Shown in pieces: positions 20,619 through 29,982 of a DNA stretch of 64,000 nucleotides. The translations under genes were made by a program, and so were the position numbers. The stretch covers positions 160,001 through 224,000 of the forward strand of contig JBMFRC010000002.1 in the NCBI GenBank assembly GCA_049968235.1. The letters are read 5' to 3'. The notes under the pieces are model-generated. The model was not told the origin of the DNA. It saw nothing but the letters and a program-made list of their open reading frames with translations, and did no database searches. Source of the DNA: Candidatus Hydrogenedens sp. (GTDB lineage Bacteria > Hydrogenedentota > Hydrogenedentia > Hydrogenedentales > Hydrogenedentaceae). The number at the start of each line of letters is the position of its first letter. The first letter of the stretch is position 1.

Positions 20619-21884
20619 CTAAATATATTGTTCAATGTTCCAGGGTTCACGGTAGGTTCTTTTTATCCACTTTGTTGCTTCGGGGTCATCCTTAATGGTC
20701 AAATTTTGTGGGTCAAATACCACAGGACGCGAAAGCATAGTACTGATATTACAAAGATGACATAAGACCGCAGAAATGTGTCCTTCTTCTGCAGGGGCAT
20801 TGGCTTTTTCTTCACCGAGAATGGCTTTGGCAAAATTGATAGCATGGGGTATTTCAATATCGCTACCGGGATAAGTTTTAGGTTCTTTTGGCTTGCCATT
20901 CGGGAATACCTTCCAATCATCCCGTGTAACAACCATAGTACCTTTTTCACCATGAAACTCCGCAAAAGAATCCATCCCATATTCTGACCATAAACGAAGT
21001 TCCCAGACTACGGTCAATTCTGGATATTCAAGAATAGCCGTTTGTGTATCTGGCCATTCTTTAATATCTTTGGTAACAAATTGTCCACCCGTGGCAAAAA
21101 CACGAGAAGGATAGGCAATATTCAAAAACCAACGAACAATATCCAACCAATGAGCTGCCCAGTTCCCTGTATCTCCTGTTCCATAGTCCAGCATAAAGTG
21201 CCAGTTATAGTGAACACGGTATTTATTATAGGGCTTCATGGGAGCAGGTCCTGTCCACATGTCATAATCTAAATGCTTGGGTGGGTCGCTATCAGGAACC
21301 TTCGGAAGAGGTTCCCTCCAGTGGATTGTTCCTGCACGGGCAAACGCAATTTTGCCTAACTCGCCAGATTGTAGAAAAGAACGGGCTTCTTGGAAATGTT
21401 TTCCACTCCGTTGTTGTGAACCGACAACAACTACTAACTTTGGATTTTTCTTCATCGCCTGGAGCACTGCATAACCATCATAAATATTGTAAGAGAACGG
21501 TTTTTCTACATACACATGTTTTCCAGCAGAGACCGCCATTGCCGATATTAAAGAGTGCCAATGGTCAGGTGTAGCAACAACTACAGCATCTATATCTTTA
21601 TCATCAAGGACACGGCGAAAGTCTTTTTCCAAAACGGACACATTAATATTTTTTGAGGCAAGTTTTTTTTGTGCCTCGTTTAGTTCTTTTTCATCACAAT
21701 CACACAAAGTTTTAATTTCAAAATAGCCGGATTTCATAAGGTTTTCTGCTACTTGTGAACCTCTTCTTCGACAACCAATAATGCCTACCCGCATCTTTGG
21801 AGATTGTGCCTTCGCTTTTTTAGTTAAAGTGGCAGATGCCATCGCTACTGCTGATGTCGCCATAAATTGCCTGCGATTTAACAT
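20619..21884 (-). CDS. Gfo/Idh/MocA family oxidoreductase with twin-arginine (TAT) signal
   Basis: MLNRRQFMATSAVAMASA TAT signal and a Rossmann motif (VGIIGCRRRG). ATG at 21884 with an AGGAG Shine-Dalgarno at 9 nt; the track start at 21905 is TTG. Confidence 0.85.
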   Translation of the reverse strand: MLNRRQFMATSAVAMASATLTKKAKAQSPKMRVGIIGCRRRGSQVAENLMKSGYFEIKTLCDCDEKELNEAQKKLASKNINVSVLEKDFRRVLDDKDIDAVVVATPDHWHSLISAMAVSAGKHVYVEKPFSYNIYDGYAVLQAMKKNPKLVVVVGSQQRSGKHFQEARSFLQSGELGKIAFARAGTIHWREPLPKVPDSDPPKHLDYDMWTGPAPMKPYNKYRVHYNWHFMLDYGTGDTGNWAAHWLDIVRWFLNIAYPSRVFATGGQFVTKDIKEWPDTQTAILEYPELTVVWELRLWSEYGMDSFAEFHGEKGTMVVTRDDWKVFPNGKPKEPKTYPGSDIEIPHAINFAKAILGEEKANAPAEEGHISAVLCHLCNISTMLSRPVVFDPQNLTIKDDPEATKWIKRTYREPWNIEQYI

Positions 21885-22021
21885 ATTAAATTTCTCCTTC
21901 TTCAAATGACACTTAAACCATCTAAATAAAGAAGGGCTTAGTTATATTTTTGTAAAAAATATTTATTATTTTTAAGTTCCTTTTTAGTTACATTATACTA
22001 AATATTTCTAAAAAGTTTTTA

Positions 22022-22876
22022 TTAAGACAATATTGATTTTAATTCTTGAGCAACTTTTTTTGTTTGTTCTAAATTTGGCATACCCTGGTCGCCAACAATA
22101 ACCTCTGCGGTTAAATAATAATTATAACCAACATATTTCAATGCTTGTAGCAATCCTTCCCAATTCATATCTCCTACAAACAAACTGGTCGTAAAATTGT
22201 CTAATGTTCCACCACCATTATTTCGTTTGAAATTTTTTATATGGACACGGGCTATTCGTTGTCCTAAAATTTCAGCCCAATGTTCAGGATAACCATTGAT
22301 TAAGCAATTGCCTGCATCAAAATAGGCTTTGACCCATGAAGATTGGAACATATCTACAAATTGGGCAAACTCAAAGGGACCCGTAAGAAATTTACTCCAA
22401 ACATTTTCAAGAGCAATAATGACCCGATTTCTTTCTGCAATAGGTATTAATTGATAAATAGACTCCTGTGCCCATTTCCAGACTTCTTTCGCCGGAACAA
22501 TAGGACGATTTGAGTCAAAACATACATCAACAGTTCCCGGCAAAACAAGAACTGCCCCAGCACCTAACTGACTAGCCGTTTCAATATATGTTTTTGTAAA
22601 ATCAACAGATTGTTTACGTTCCTCTACATTGGGACTTCCAAGGGAAGACCCCCAATAATAACCCGTAGCTAACGAAGGTATTTCTAATCCCTCTGACTCC
22701 ACCAATCTCCGAATACATTTTATTTCCTCCTCTGTAGCAGTAGGTGACAATTCACCTGCTCCATAACATAATTCAATGCCATCCCAGCCCATCTCTTTAA
22801 CCTGTTTTATCACACTTTCAATCTTTACTTCACCTGCAAACCCACACACCATCCATCCATTCAACGCCATTTTCAT
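22022..22876 (-). CDS. Sugar phosphate isomerase/epimerase (xylose-isomerase-like TIM barrel)
   Basis: About 280 aa with AP-endonuclease-2/xylose-isomerase-like composition. It is a typical neighbour of Gfo/Idh/MocA genes. ATG with an AAGGA Shine-Dalgarno. Confidence 0.75.
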   Translation of the reverse strand: MKMALNGWMVCGFAGEVKIESVIKQVKEMGWDGIELCYGAGELSPTATEEEIKCIRRLVESEGLEIPSLATGYYWGSSLGSPNVEERKQSVDFTKTYIETASQLGAGAVLVLPGTVDVCFDSNRPIVPAKEVWKWAQESIYQLIPIAERNRVIIALENVWSKFLTGPFEFAQFVDMFQSSWVKAYFDAGNCLINGYPEHWAEILGQRIARVHIKNFKRNNGGGTLDNFTTSLFVGDMNWEGLLQALKYVGYNYYLTAEVIVGDQGMPNLEQTKKVAQELKSILS

Positions 22877-23776
22877 AAATACTATCCTTTATTTTTTATT
22901 TTTCCCATATGTTATTCACAACAGTTCGACATACTATATAGTAAGTATTTAAAAACAAAAAATAGAATAAAACAGATATTGTTAGGAAAGCAAGAAGGAA
23001 ATTACATATTCCCCAAAAAATGTTAGATGAATGCTAAAACTACAGAACAAACATGAACGAAATAAAGAAATATAAAAATTACAACGCAATTATCTCGATT
23101 GTAATAAATCCAATATAGTTTATAGATTAAACACTTTTTATCTGTGTTTTTTTACACACAGAAAGTAAGTGCAGTCATACTCCCAAAAATGATTTTTATC
23201 CCCAAAAATATATGCAATAACCGTAGTCTAATTATACATAATGATATGATATAAAAATTCCCATCGTTAGGCTAAGAAACCTATATTTTATAGGGACAAA
23301 ATATTTTTCGCACCAATGTAATACCAACACTCTTTTTTGTAAATGAATATACAGTGCATAATGAACACAGAAATGCATGTGCTATTTCAAAGATAAAAAA
23401 AAGAGTTAAATAGATTAAGTCAGTATATAAGTATTATGTTTGCAAAACTTGTATATTTCTAAATTTTTATTAAAAGTAAAAAAGATAAACAAAAATGTCT
23501 TTTTTTTATGGTAACAGAGAAAATCTTGTTTTTTAGCCAACATTATTGTGACAGTTATATTTTTGTATATTAAAGATCCAACCATTATTTTTATTACTAA
23601 AAAATATATGCTTTGATTTCTATATAAAAATTGAAATCAAATATAACCATATTATTGATTTTATAATTTTTTGATTTCGGTTTTTCCTTATGTTATAATA
23701 ATACACAAAACCGCACGGAGGTTAATTTAATTCTCAAAATTTTTTAACAGCTTTTTAAGCAAAGGAGTATGATTGT
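22877..23776. other. About 900-bp AT-rich non-coding leader upstream of the tandem DUF1559 genes
   Basis: No ORF of 60 aa or more on either strand. It has very low GC and contains poly-A/T tracts. Confidence 0.4.
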
Positions 23777-24768
23777 ATGCGTAAAAAAGTTTCACATTAA
23801 TTGAATTACTAGTCGTTATAGCCATTATTGGTATTCTTGCTGCGATACTACTTCCCGCTCTGGCACGGGCTCGTGAAGCAGCAAGACGTTCCAGTTGCCA
23901 GAATAACCTAAAACAATGGGGTTTGGTATTCAAAATGTACTCTAATGAAGCCAAAGGCGAACGCTATCCCCCGTTACAAACTTACAACCCGATAGAAAAT
24001 GATGCTGATATCGCTGCGGGTCCACAAGTAAGCACTCTATATCCCGAATACCTTACAGACCCCTATATTATCATTTGTCCTTCTGACCCCAGCGCATCAA
24101 ATATGAGAACTAAACTTGAAGAAAATGATGGAAACCTGGTTAAACTTTCAAAAGATATTGACGAAAGTTATGCTTACTTTGGTTGGGTTTTTGATAGACT
24201 AAAGCCTTCCACACCTGCCAATCAATTTCTAATTGTGACTATATTAACTTCATTATTAGGTGGTTCATTTGATACCAGCCAGCCCGTTCCCATCCAATTA
24301 GGAGCAGCATTAGATGGATTATATCACGCAAATATACCATTGGTAACTGCCTATGTGAACGGTTCTGACCCAACTGCTTTAATGAAAGTGATGGACCAGG
24401 ATTCTCACTTACCATCCAGCTGGGCAGGTTATGGGAATGGTGGTGGAAATACCGTATACCGTTTGCGTGAAGGTATTGAACGCTTCCTCATTACCGATAT
24501 TAATAACCCAGCAGCAAGTAACAATGCACAAAGTTCTGTATGGATTATGATGGATACATTCTCCGCAGGTGGAGTTGCCGGTGATTTGTTTAATCATATT
24601 CCGGGTGGTTGTAATGTACTTTATATGGATGGACATGTTGAATTTATAAGATATATAGCCACAAATAATCTTGTTGCCGACCCATCTGGCACAAGTGTTA
24701 ATGGAACTGAGCCTATTATCGCAACAGTGGCAAATATGGTATCTGCAATTGCGGCTGGCTCACAATAA
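23777..24768 (+). pseudogene. DUF1559 / prepilin-type (type II secretion pseudopilin-like) protein, N-terminal frameshift
   Basis: ATG at 23777 with an AGGAG Shine-Dalgarno; MRKKVSH then hits a stop. The +2 frame continues as [43 protein letters not shown], matching the downstream paralog. This is consistent with a 1-nt deletion near 23790. Confidence 0.6.
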
Positions 24769-24790
24769 CTGAAATAATTGTTTTTTACAT

Positions 24791-24834
24791 AAAAAATTCG
24801 TGCAGTTTAAATAAAACTGCACGAATTTTATTTT
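24791..24834 (+). terminator. Rho-independent terminator between the two DUF1559 genes
   Basis: Perfect 14-bp inverted repeat (AATTCGTGCAGTTT / AAACTGCACGAATT), 5-nt loop, followed by TTATTTT. An A-tract precedes it, giving a bidirectional look. Confidence 0.65.
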
Positions 24835-24908
24835 AAATATTGAAAAAAATAATATATAATATAAATATAGTCAATATTTAATTAACAACAATTACAAGGA
24901 TTTTTCTT

Positions 24909-25892
24909 ATGAAAAAAAAGGGTTTTACACTCATCGAATTGCTGGTGGTCATCGCAATCATCGGCATTCTTGCGGCAATTTTATTGCCAGCACTTGCTCG
25001 TGCTCGTGAAGCGGCCCGTCGTTCCAGTTGTGCTAATAATCTTAAACAATGGGGACTGGTCTTTAAAATGTATGCAAATGAAAGTAAAGGGGAACGTTTT
25101 CCCCCAATGCAAACTTATAACCCGATAACACAATCAAGGGCTTTTGCTGTAGGACCACAAGTGGACCTTATTTATCCTGAATATCTAACAGACCCATATA
25201 TAATGATATGTCCTTCGGATGCAGGTGCAAGTGAACATAGGAAAAGATTAGAGGAACACAATGGAAATTTACTTGAGATATCAGAAGATATTGATGCAAG
25301 TTATGCTTATTTTGGATGGCTGTTTGACCACTTAAAACCCATCGCTTCATTAACTTATTTTAACATAACTTTGTTACTATTAGCTGGGGGAGCAAACTTT
25401 GACCCATTAGTCCCAGCACCTATTCAATTTTTCGGAGCTTTAGATGCTTTAGTTGGAGAGTTCCCTAATGATGTTGCAAGATATATTAATAATTCTGACC
25501 CTACTGCACTAATGAAAGTTATGGACCATGACTCGGATTTAAGAAAAGCATCTCCCATTTGTATCGGTTATGGTAATGGAGGAGGAAATATTGTATATCG
25601 TTTAAGAGAAGGGATTGAAAGATTTTTACTCACTGATGTCAATAATCCGGCTTCGAGTAACAGTGCCCAGAGCAGTGTATGGATTATGCTGGATACATTA
25701 GCCACTCCTAACGCTAGAGAACCTCTTTTTAACCATATACCCGGAGGTTGTAATGTTCTTTATATGGACGGACATGTAGAATTCATAAGATATACATCCG
25801 ACCCTGACCTTTATGACCAGGATGTTCCTGGAACAGAACCTGTTGTTTCTGTTGTAGCAAATCTTGTAACAGCCCTAGCTGGCTCTCTCTAA
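24909..25892 (+). CDS. DUF1559 / prepilin-type N-terminal cleavage-methylation domain protein (PVC-group pseudopilin-like)
   Basis: [27 protein letters not shown] class III signal, and the conserved C-terminal [17 protein letters not shown]. Confidence 0.85.
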   Translation: MKKKGFTLIELLVVIAIIGILAAILLPALARAREAARRSSCANNLKQWGLVFKMYANESKGERFPPMQTYNPITQSRAFAVGPQVDLIYPEYLTDPYIMICPSDAGASEHRKRLEEHNGNLLEISEDIDASYAYFGWLFDHLKPIASLTYFNITLLLLAGGANFDPLVPAPIQFFGALDALVGEFPNDVARYINNSDPTALMKVMDHDSDLRKASPICIGYGNGGGNIVYRLREGIERFLLTDVNNPASSNSAQSSVWIMLDTLATPNAREPLFNHIPGGCNVLYMDGHVEFIRYTSDPDLYDQDVPGTEPVVSVVANLVTALAGSL

Positions 25893-25960
25893 TAATAATA
25901 TATATATTAATATATGTATTAAAATTATTTAATAATTAAGATTGTGAAGATGAAGTGATG

Positions 25961-26443
25961 TTACTTTTCTTTTTCTTTCCAAAATTTATATGGATTTATA
26001 GATAGATAAGTATTTAGATATCGTGCATCGTTGCTTACTTCTTCACCTACCCATGGGGGGATAATTATTTTTTCTTCTTCCTTTTTCAACTCTATTTCTG
26101 CAATAATTAGTCCACTATTTGCTCCTGTAAATTCGTCTATCTCCCAACGTTGTCCTTCATACATTACAATATAACGAACTTTTTCGATAATATATCCCGT
26201 AACAAAGTTTCTTATTAATTCCTCTGCATCTGCATACGGTATTGTATATTCAAATTCATCCCTTGTTGTTGCTACAATGGCTCTTTTCAGATTTAGAGTA
26301 CACTTATCAGGTTCAATACGAACACGAACAGCCAAAGGCGGACTTGTATAGATATATGCCTGCTTTATAGGGATAGATTTAATAATAGAAGCACGCCAAT
26401 CATCTGATATGACTAAAAACTTATGTTCTATTTCTTTTGACAT
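25961..26443 (-). CDS. CYTH domain protein (class IV adenylyl cyclase / triphosphatase fold)
   Basis: N-terminal ExExK motif (EIEHKFLV). The ATG at 26443 is preferred over the TTG track start. Confidence 0.6.
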   Translation of the reverse strand: MSKEIEHKFLVISDDWRASIIKSIPIKQAYIYTSPPLAVRVRIEPDKCTLNLKRAIVATTRDEFEYTIPYADAEELIRNFVTGYIIEKVRYIVMYEGQRWEIDEFTGANSGLIIAEIELKKEEEKIIIPPWVGEEVSNDARYLNTYLSINPYKFWKEKEK

Positions 26444-26470
26444 CTTAAAATTGTGCAATCATAGGAATCT

Positions 26471-28330
26471 TTATTTATCTAACGATTTAATTTCTTTAGA
26501 TATAATTTCGTCCCATTTCGATTTTAACTGATTTCCAATATCGGGCTGGGTGTGAATAAAAATAATTGTTTCGGATTTCAATTCTGGTAAAACAAACGAG
26601 GTTTCCTTGCCCCAGTTTGCTTTCAATTCCGTAATTCCTTGAGGTCGAATTTCAAATAATGACTGCCCCTGAAACGGGATATTTATGCTTATTTTCAGGT
26701 TTTTCTTTTCCTTAAAAGGATAGGCTTCGGGATGTATCTCATAATCTAAATTTGTAACACACAATATTATAAAATCGCGTCCCTGTAAAGGAGCAATATC
26801 TACGTTTTCTGGAGCGGAACCTTTAAATGGTATTGGTTCAGAACATAGAAAATAATCCCGTAATAGGCACATAACTCTTCCCCACCCTTGCATGGCTCGT
26901 TCCAATTCAGGATATTTTTCGGCAATACTTTTATCGTGATTAAACCAGAGAATCCCTTTGGCGCCTCTGCCTAAATTTAATACTAGCTGAGCACCTAATT
27001 CTTCCGGTGTAGGCACGGGGCGTTTTGGTCGTTCACCCCAATCCGCAATTGCCTGACTCCATACCCAGATAGGTTTTGGCTCTGATGCTATTTTAAGGTC
27101 ATGCGTATAATACGCTGTTTCTTCTAATCGTGTCCCATACGGTTTGGGCCATTTACTGCTGGATGGGGCTGTTACAGAATAATGGTCCTGACATGGAATA
27201 TCGCATATTGAAGCATACTCAAAAAACTTAATATTTCTGCAAAGAGTAACGAACGTTGGCTTGGTATTATCATATTGGCATAAGTGCTGGTTTATAAGGA
27301 ACACAATATTTGCGGGGATAGACCAATCCGGTTCATCCATCAACATCCAGCATCCCACTTGTGGATGCCCTGTAAATTCTCGGACAATATCTACATTCAA
27401 AGGAACACCTGTAATAACCATTGCTCGAAACCCGTATTTGGGAGCTATCTCAGTAAAGAAAGGTTTGTCCTTTTTATCACCTTCTACCATAGTATCCACA
27501 TGCAGATTATATAAAGTCTCGTATGTTTCTGGATTATTTGTCCAGACTCCAATAGGGAAAAAATCGTCAAAAGCACGACGATGAGCAAAATACAATTCAT
27601 TCGTTTTCCCCTTATCCTTTGAAACTTCTACTCCTGCAATAAACCATGTTCCAGAACTTAGTGGTTTAGAGAGTCGAACCCTTGCAATTGCCATTCCTTC
27701 CGGTAACAACTCTTTAACATTCCAATTCACAACAATTTCATTCTGCGGGAAAAACAAAGTATTGTCTATCCGATATGTATCTTTTGAAAAATTACGAAGG
27801 AATATATCTATTTCCTTCATTTCCTGTAACACGTGGATATATGTAATTCGCACTGGTTCCGCTACCAGAATCCCTTCCATAGTGGCACATAATCGAGAAT
27901 TTTCATCCACTAATTGCAGAGCAAATTTTGTCCCCGGAGCAAAATCTTCGGATATTGCATTTATTTCCAGTACACCCAATTCCCCGGGCTGGACTGTTTG
28001 ATTAATATAGCGGTCCCATGCAACAAAATGATTTAATATCCAATAAGAGCGGTCTTTCCGATTCCAACGCCAATAACGGATGTGCGCGGGTTCTTTAGAA
28101 ATATTACGATAATATATATGAACCAATCCACCTTTGTTAACTATATCACTTTCAATTTCTTTTACTTTTTCCTTTTCCCATTCTGCAGGACGATAAATTA
28201 TCTTTTCAATTGTGAGACGCATAGAGAATTTACCTTCTAATTTGGCACCTATTTGGGCACTCTGGGCAAAAGTAAAAGACTCTATACAGGTGAAAATGAC
28301 CAACAAACAGAAAACCGTCCTAATATACAT
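26471..28330 (-). CDS. Secreted hypothetical protein (619 aa), possibly carbohydrate-active
   Basis: Signal peptide and an AAAAGGGG Shine-Dalgarno. No confidently recognisable motif. Confidence 0.55.
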   Translation of the reverse strand: MYIRTVFCLLVIFTCIESFTFAQSAQIGAKLEGKFSMRLTIEKIIYRPAEWEKEKVKEIESDIVNKGGLVHIYYRNISKEPAHIRYWRWNRKDRSYWILNHFVAWDRYINQTVQPGELGVLEINAISEDFAPGTKFALQLVDENSRLCATMEGILVAEPVRITYIHVLQEMKEIDIFLRNFSKDTYRIDNTLFFPQNEIVVNWNVKELLPEGMAIARVRLSKPLSSGTWFIAGVEVSKDKGKTNELYFAHRRAFDDFFPIGVWTNNPETYETLYNLHVDTMVEGDKKDKPFFTEIAPKYGFRAMVITGVPLNVDIVREFTGHPQVGCWMLMDEPDWSIPANIVFLINQHLCQYDNTKPTFVTLCRNIKFFEYASICDIPCQDHYSVTAPSSSKWPKPYGTRLEETAYYTHDLKIASEPKPIWVWSQAIADWGERPKRPVPTPEELGAQLVLNLGRGAKGILWFNHDKSIAEKYPELERAMQGWGRVMCLLRDYFLCSEPIPFKGSAPENVDIAPLQGRDFIILCVTNLDYEIHPEAYPFKEKKNLKISINIPFQGQSLFEIRPQGITELKANWGKETSFVLPELKSETIIFIHTQPDIGNQLKSKWDEIISKEIKSLDK

Positions 28331-28670
28331 AATTCCCCTTTTTTATTTGTAATATTTATAATCAGTGGATATTAAAATAGAAATTTATTATAAAGCATTT
28401 TTTTATTCTATGCAACATAATGGGGGGTAATAGTAGTCACCAATTTACAAAGAGACACAGATATTCTTACAAATATAGATACTATATTTCATCAATTAAA
28501 AATGTTAATAATACTTTCACAATATTTATTTCTTTTATCCTTATTTTCTGCTCATCCCGATAAAAATATCTGGTTTATACTGTATCTGGTTTCTTTTGCT
28601 TTGTAAATAGCGTTATAATATAAACCATAACCTAACAAAAAATCAATTTAAAACTATCAGGATAATCAAT

Positions 28671-29975
28671 ATGAAAAACTTTTATTTCTCGTTACTCCTA
28701 ATTACATTTATTTTCAGTATCCTTTTCTGTTTTTCTGTTTCCGCAATAGACAAAGATAAGGATATGCTATATGTCGGCTCTGCTAAACGGATTGTTACTC
28801 CGGACCCGTTACTGCCGGTATCAGGAGGTGTAGGGACACCAGAACCTGTCGAAAAAAAGATTGGCGATTTGTTTGCTCGTACGATGGTTATGAAAAAAGG
28901 AGATGTAGCAGTAGCTATTGTTAGTCTTGACTTTTTAGGTTGGTCATCCGTATTAGCGGATAAAATCCGTGCACTGGCTCCTCAAATTCCACCTGAAAAT
29001 ATCCTTGTAGGCGTTACGCATACACATAGTGCACCGGAAACCTATGGATTTGTTGATGAGAAGGGAAATTGTTCTGCTGATTTGAAATATCTTGACTGGG
29101 TATGCCTACAAGCAGGCGAAGCAATCAATGAAGCATATAAGAACATGAAGCCTGCCTATTTAAAGATTGCTATGGGTGAGGCAAAAGGAAAAATTGCTTA
29201 TAATTATTATGCAGATGAATTATATGACCATCGTTGCAGTGTATTACAGGCAGTCTCTGCGGAGAAGAAAAAAGAAGGGAAGGTGATTGTAACGCTGGTA
29301 AATTATGCTATTCACCCGGAGGTTATCGGGGATAGTCAAAAGATTTTATCGCCCGACCTTTGTGGTCCTTTATATGACAAGATTGAAGCAGAAACGGGAG
29401 GCATGGCAATGTTTATGAACAGTGCTCAGGGAGGTATGGTCACAGCAGATTGCCGTGGACCGAATGGAGATATTCAGACATGGGATGAATGCATCCGTAT
29501 TGGCGAATTGTTAGCCAGCGAGGCATTGCGTATCGTAAAGGATGCTCCCATCCAGAAAAATCCCACATTGTATTGCACCCATACTCCTGTTGAATTTCCG
29601 ATTGACTCTCCACTACTTCGTATGGTCTTGAAAAATTCACCAATAAAATATCCTATCACAGAAAAAAATACGATACCTACACGAATTAATTTGATTAATG
29701 TTGGGACCGCACAAATAGTAACAATACCTGGCGAAGCCCTGCCCAATATCGGTTTTTACTTAAAACGCAAAATGCCCACTCCACATCCTTTTTTGTTCGG
29801 TTTGACAAATGATGCCTTCGGTTATATCCTTACCAAAGTAGACTGGAATAGTTTTAAAATATATGAATATATTTCACGGACTGGTTTGGGAGAAATGACG
29901 GGCGAAATCCTTATTGATACCATATTAAAATTGGTCAATCAATCCCCCAAACCTGACCCCATTGAAAAACAATAA
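28671..29975 (+). CDS. Neutral/alkaline ceramidase-like N-terminal domain protein, secreted
   Basis: Signal peptide and a GVTHTHSAP motif resembling the HTHSGP motif of the neutral ceramidase family. Confidence 0.5.
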   Translation: MKNFYFSLLLITFIFSILFCFSVSAIDKDKDMLYVGSAKRIVTPDPLLPVSGGVGTPEPVEKKIGDLFARTMVMKKGDVAVAIVSLDFLGWSSVLADKIRALAPQIPPENILVGVTHTHSAPETYGFVDEKGNCSADLKYLDWVCLQAGEAINEAYKNMKPAYLKIAMGEAKGKIAYNYYADELYDHRCSVLQAVSAEKKKEGKVIVTLVNYAIHPEVIGDSQKILSPDLCGPLYDKIEAETGGMAMFMNSAQGGMVTADCRGPNGDIQTWDECIRIGELLASEALRIVKDAPIQKNPTLYCTHTPVEFPIDSPLLRMVLKNSPIKYPITEKNTIPTRINLINVGTAQIVTIPGEALPNIGFYLKRKMPTPHPFLFGLTNDAFGYILTKVDWNSFKIYEYISRTGLGEMTGEILIDTILKLVNQSPKPDPIEKQ

Positions 29976-29982
29976 AAGGGAA

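Noticed and set aside
22877-23776. Looked for a mobile element, integrase or phage remnant in the 900-bp AT-rich gap, and for ncRNA signatures (RNase P, tmRNA, SRP consensus blocks).
   Set aside because: No ORFs, no terminal inverted repeats or direct repeats flanking the gap, and no recognisable conserved RNA motifs were found. It is best left as an unusually long promoter/leader region.
23923-24768. Treating the first DUF1559 copy as an intact 281-aa gene starting at the internal Met ([10 protein letters not shown]).
   Set aside because: That start removes the prepilin signal peptide, which is encoded intact, with RBS and ATG, 146 nt upstream in another frame. A frameshifted full-length gene explains the data better.
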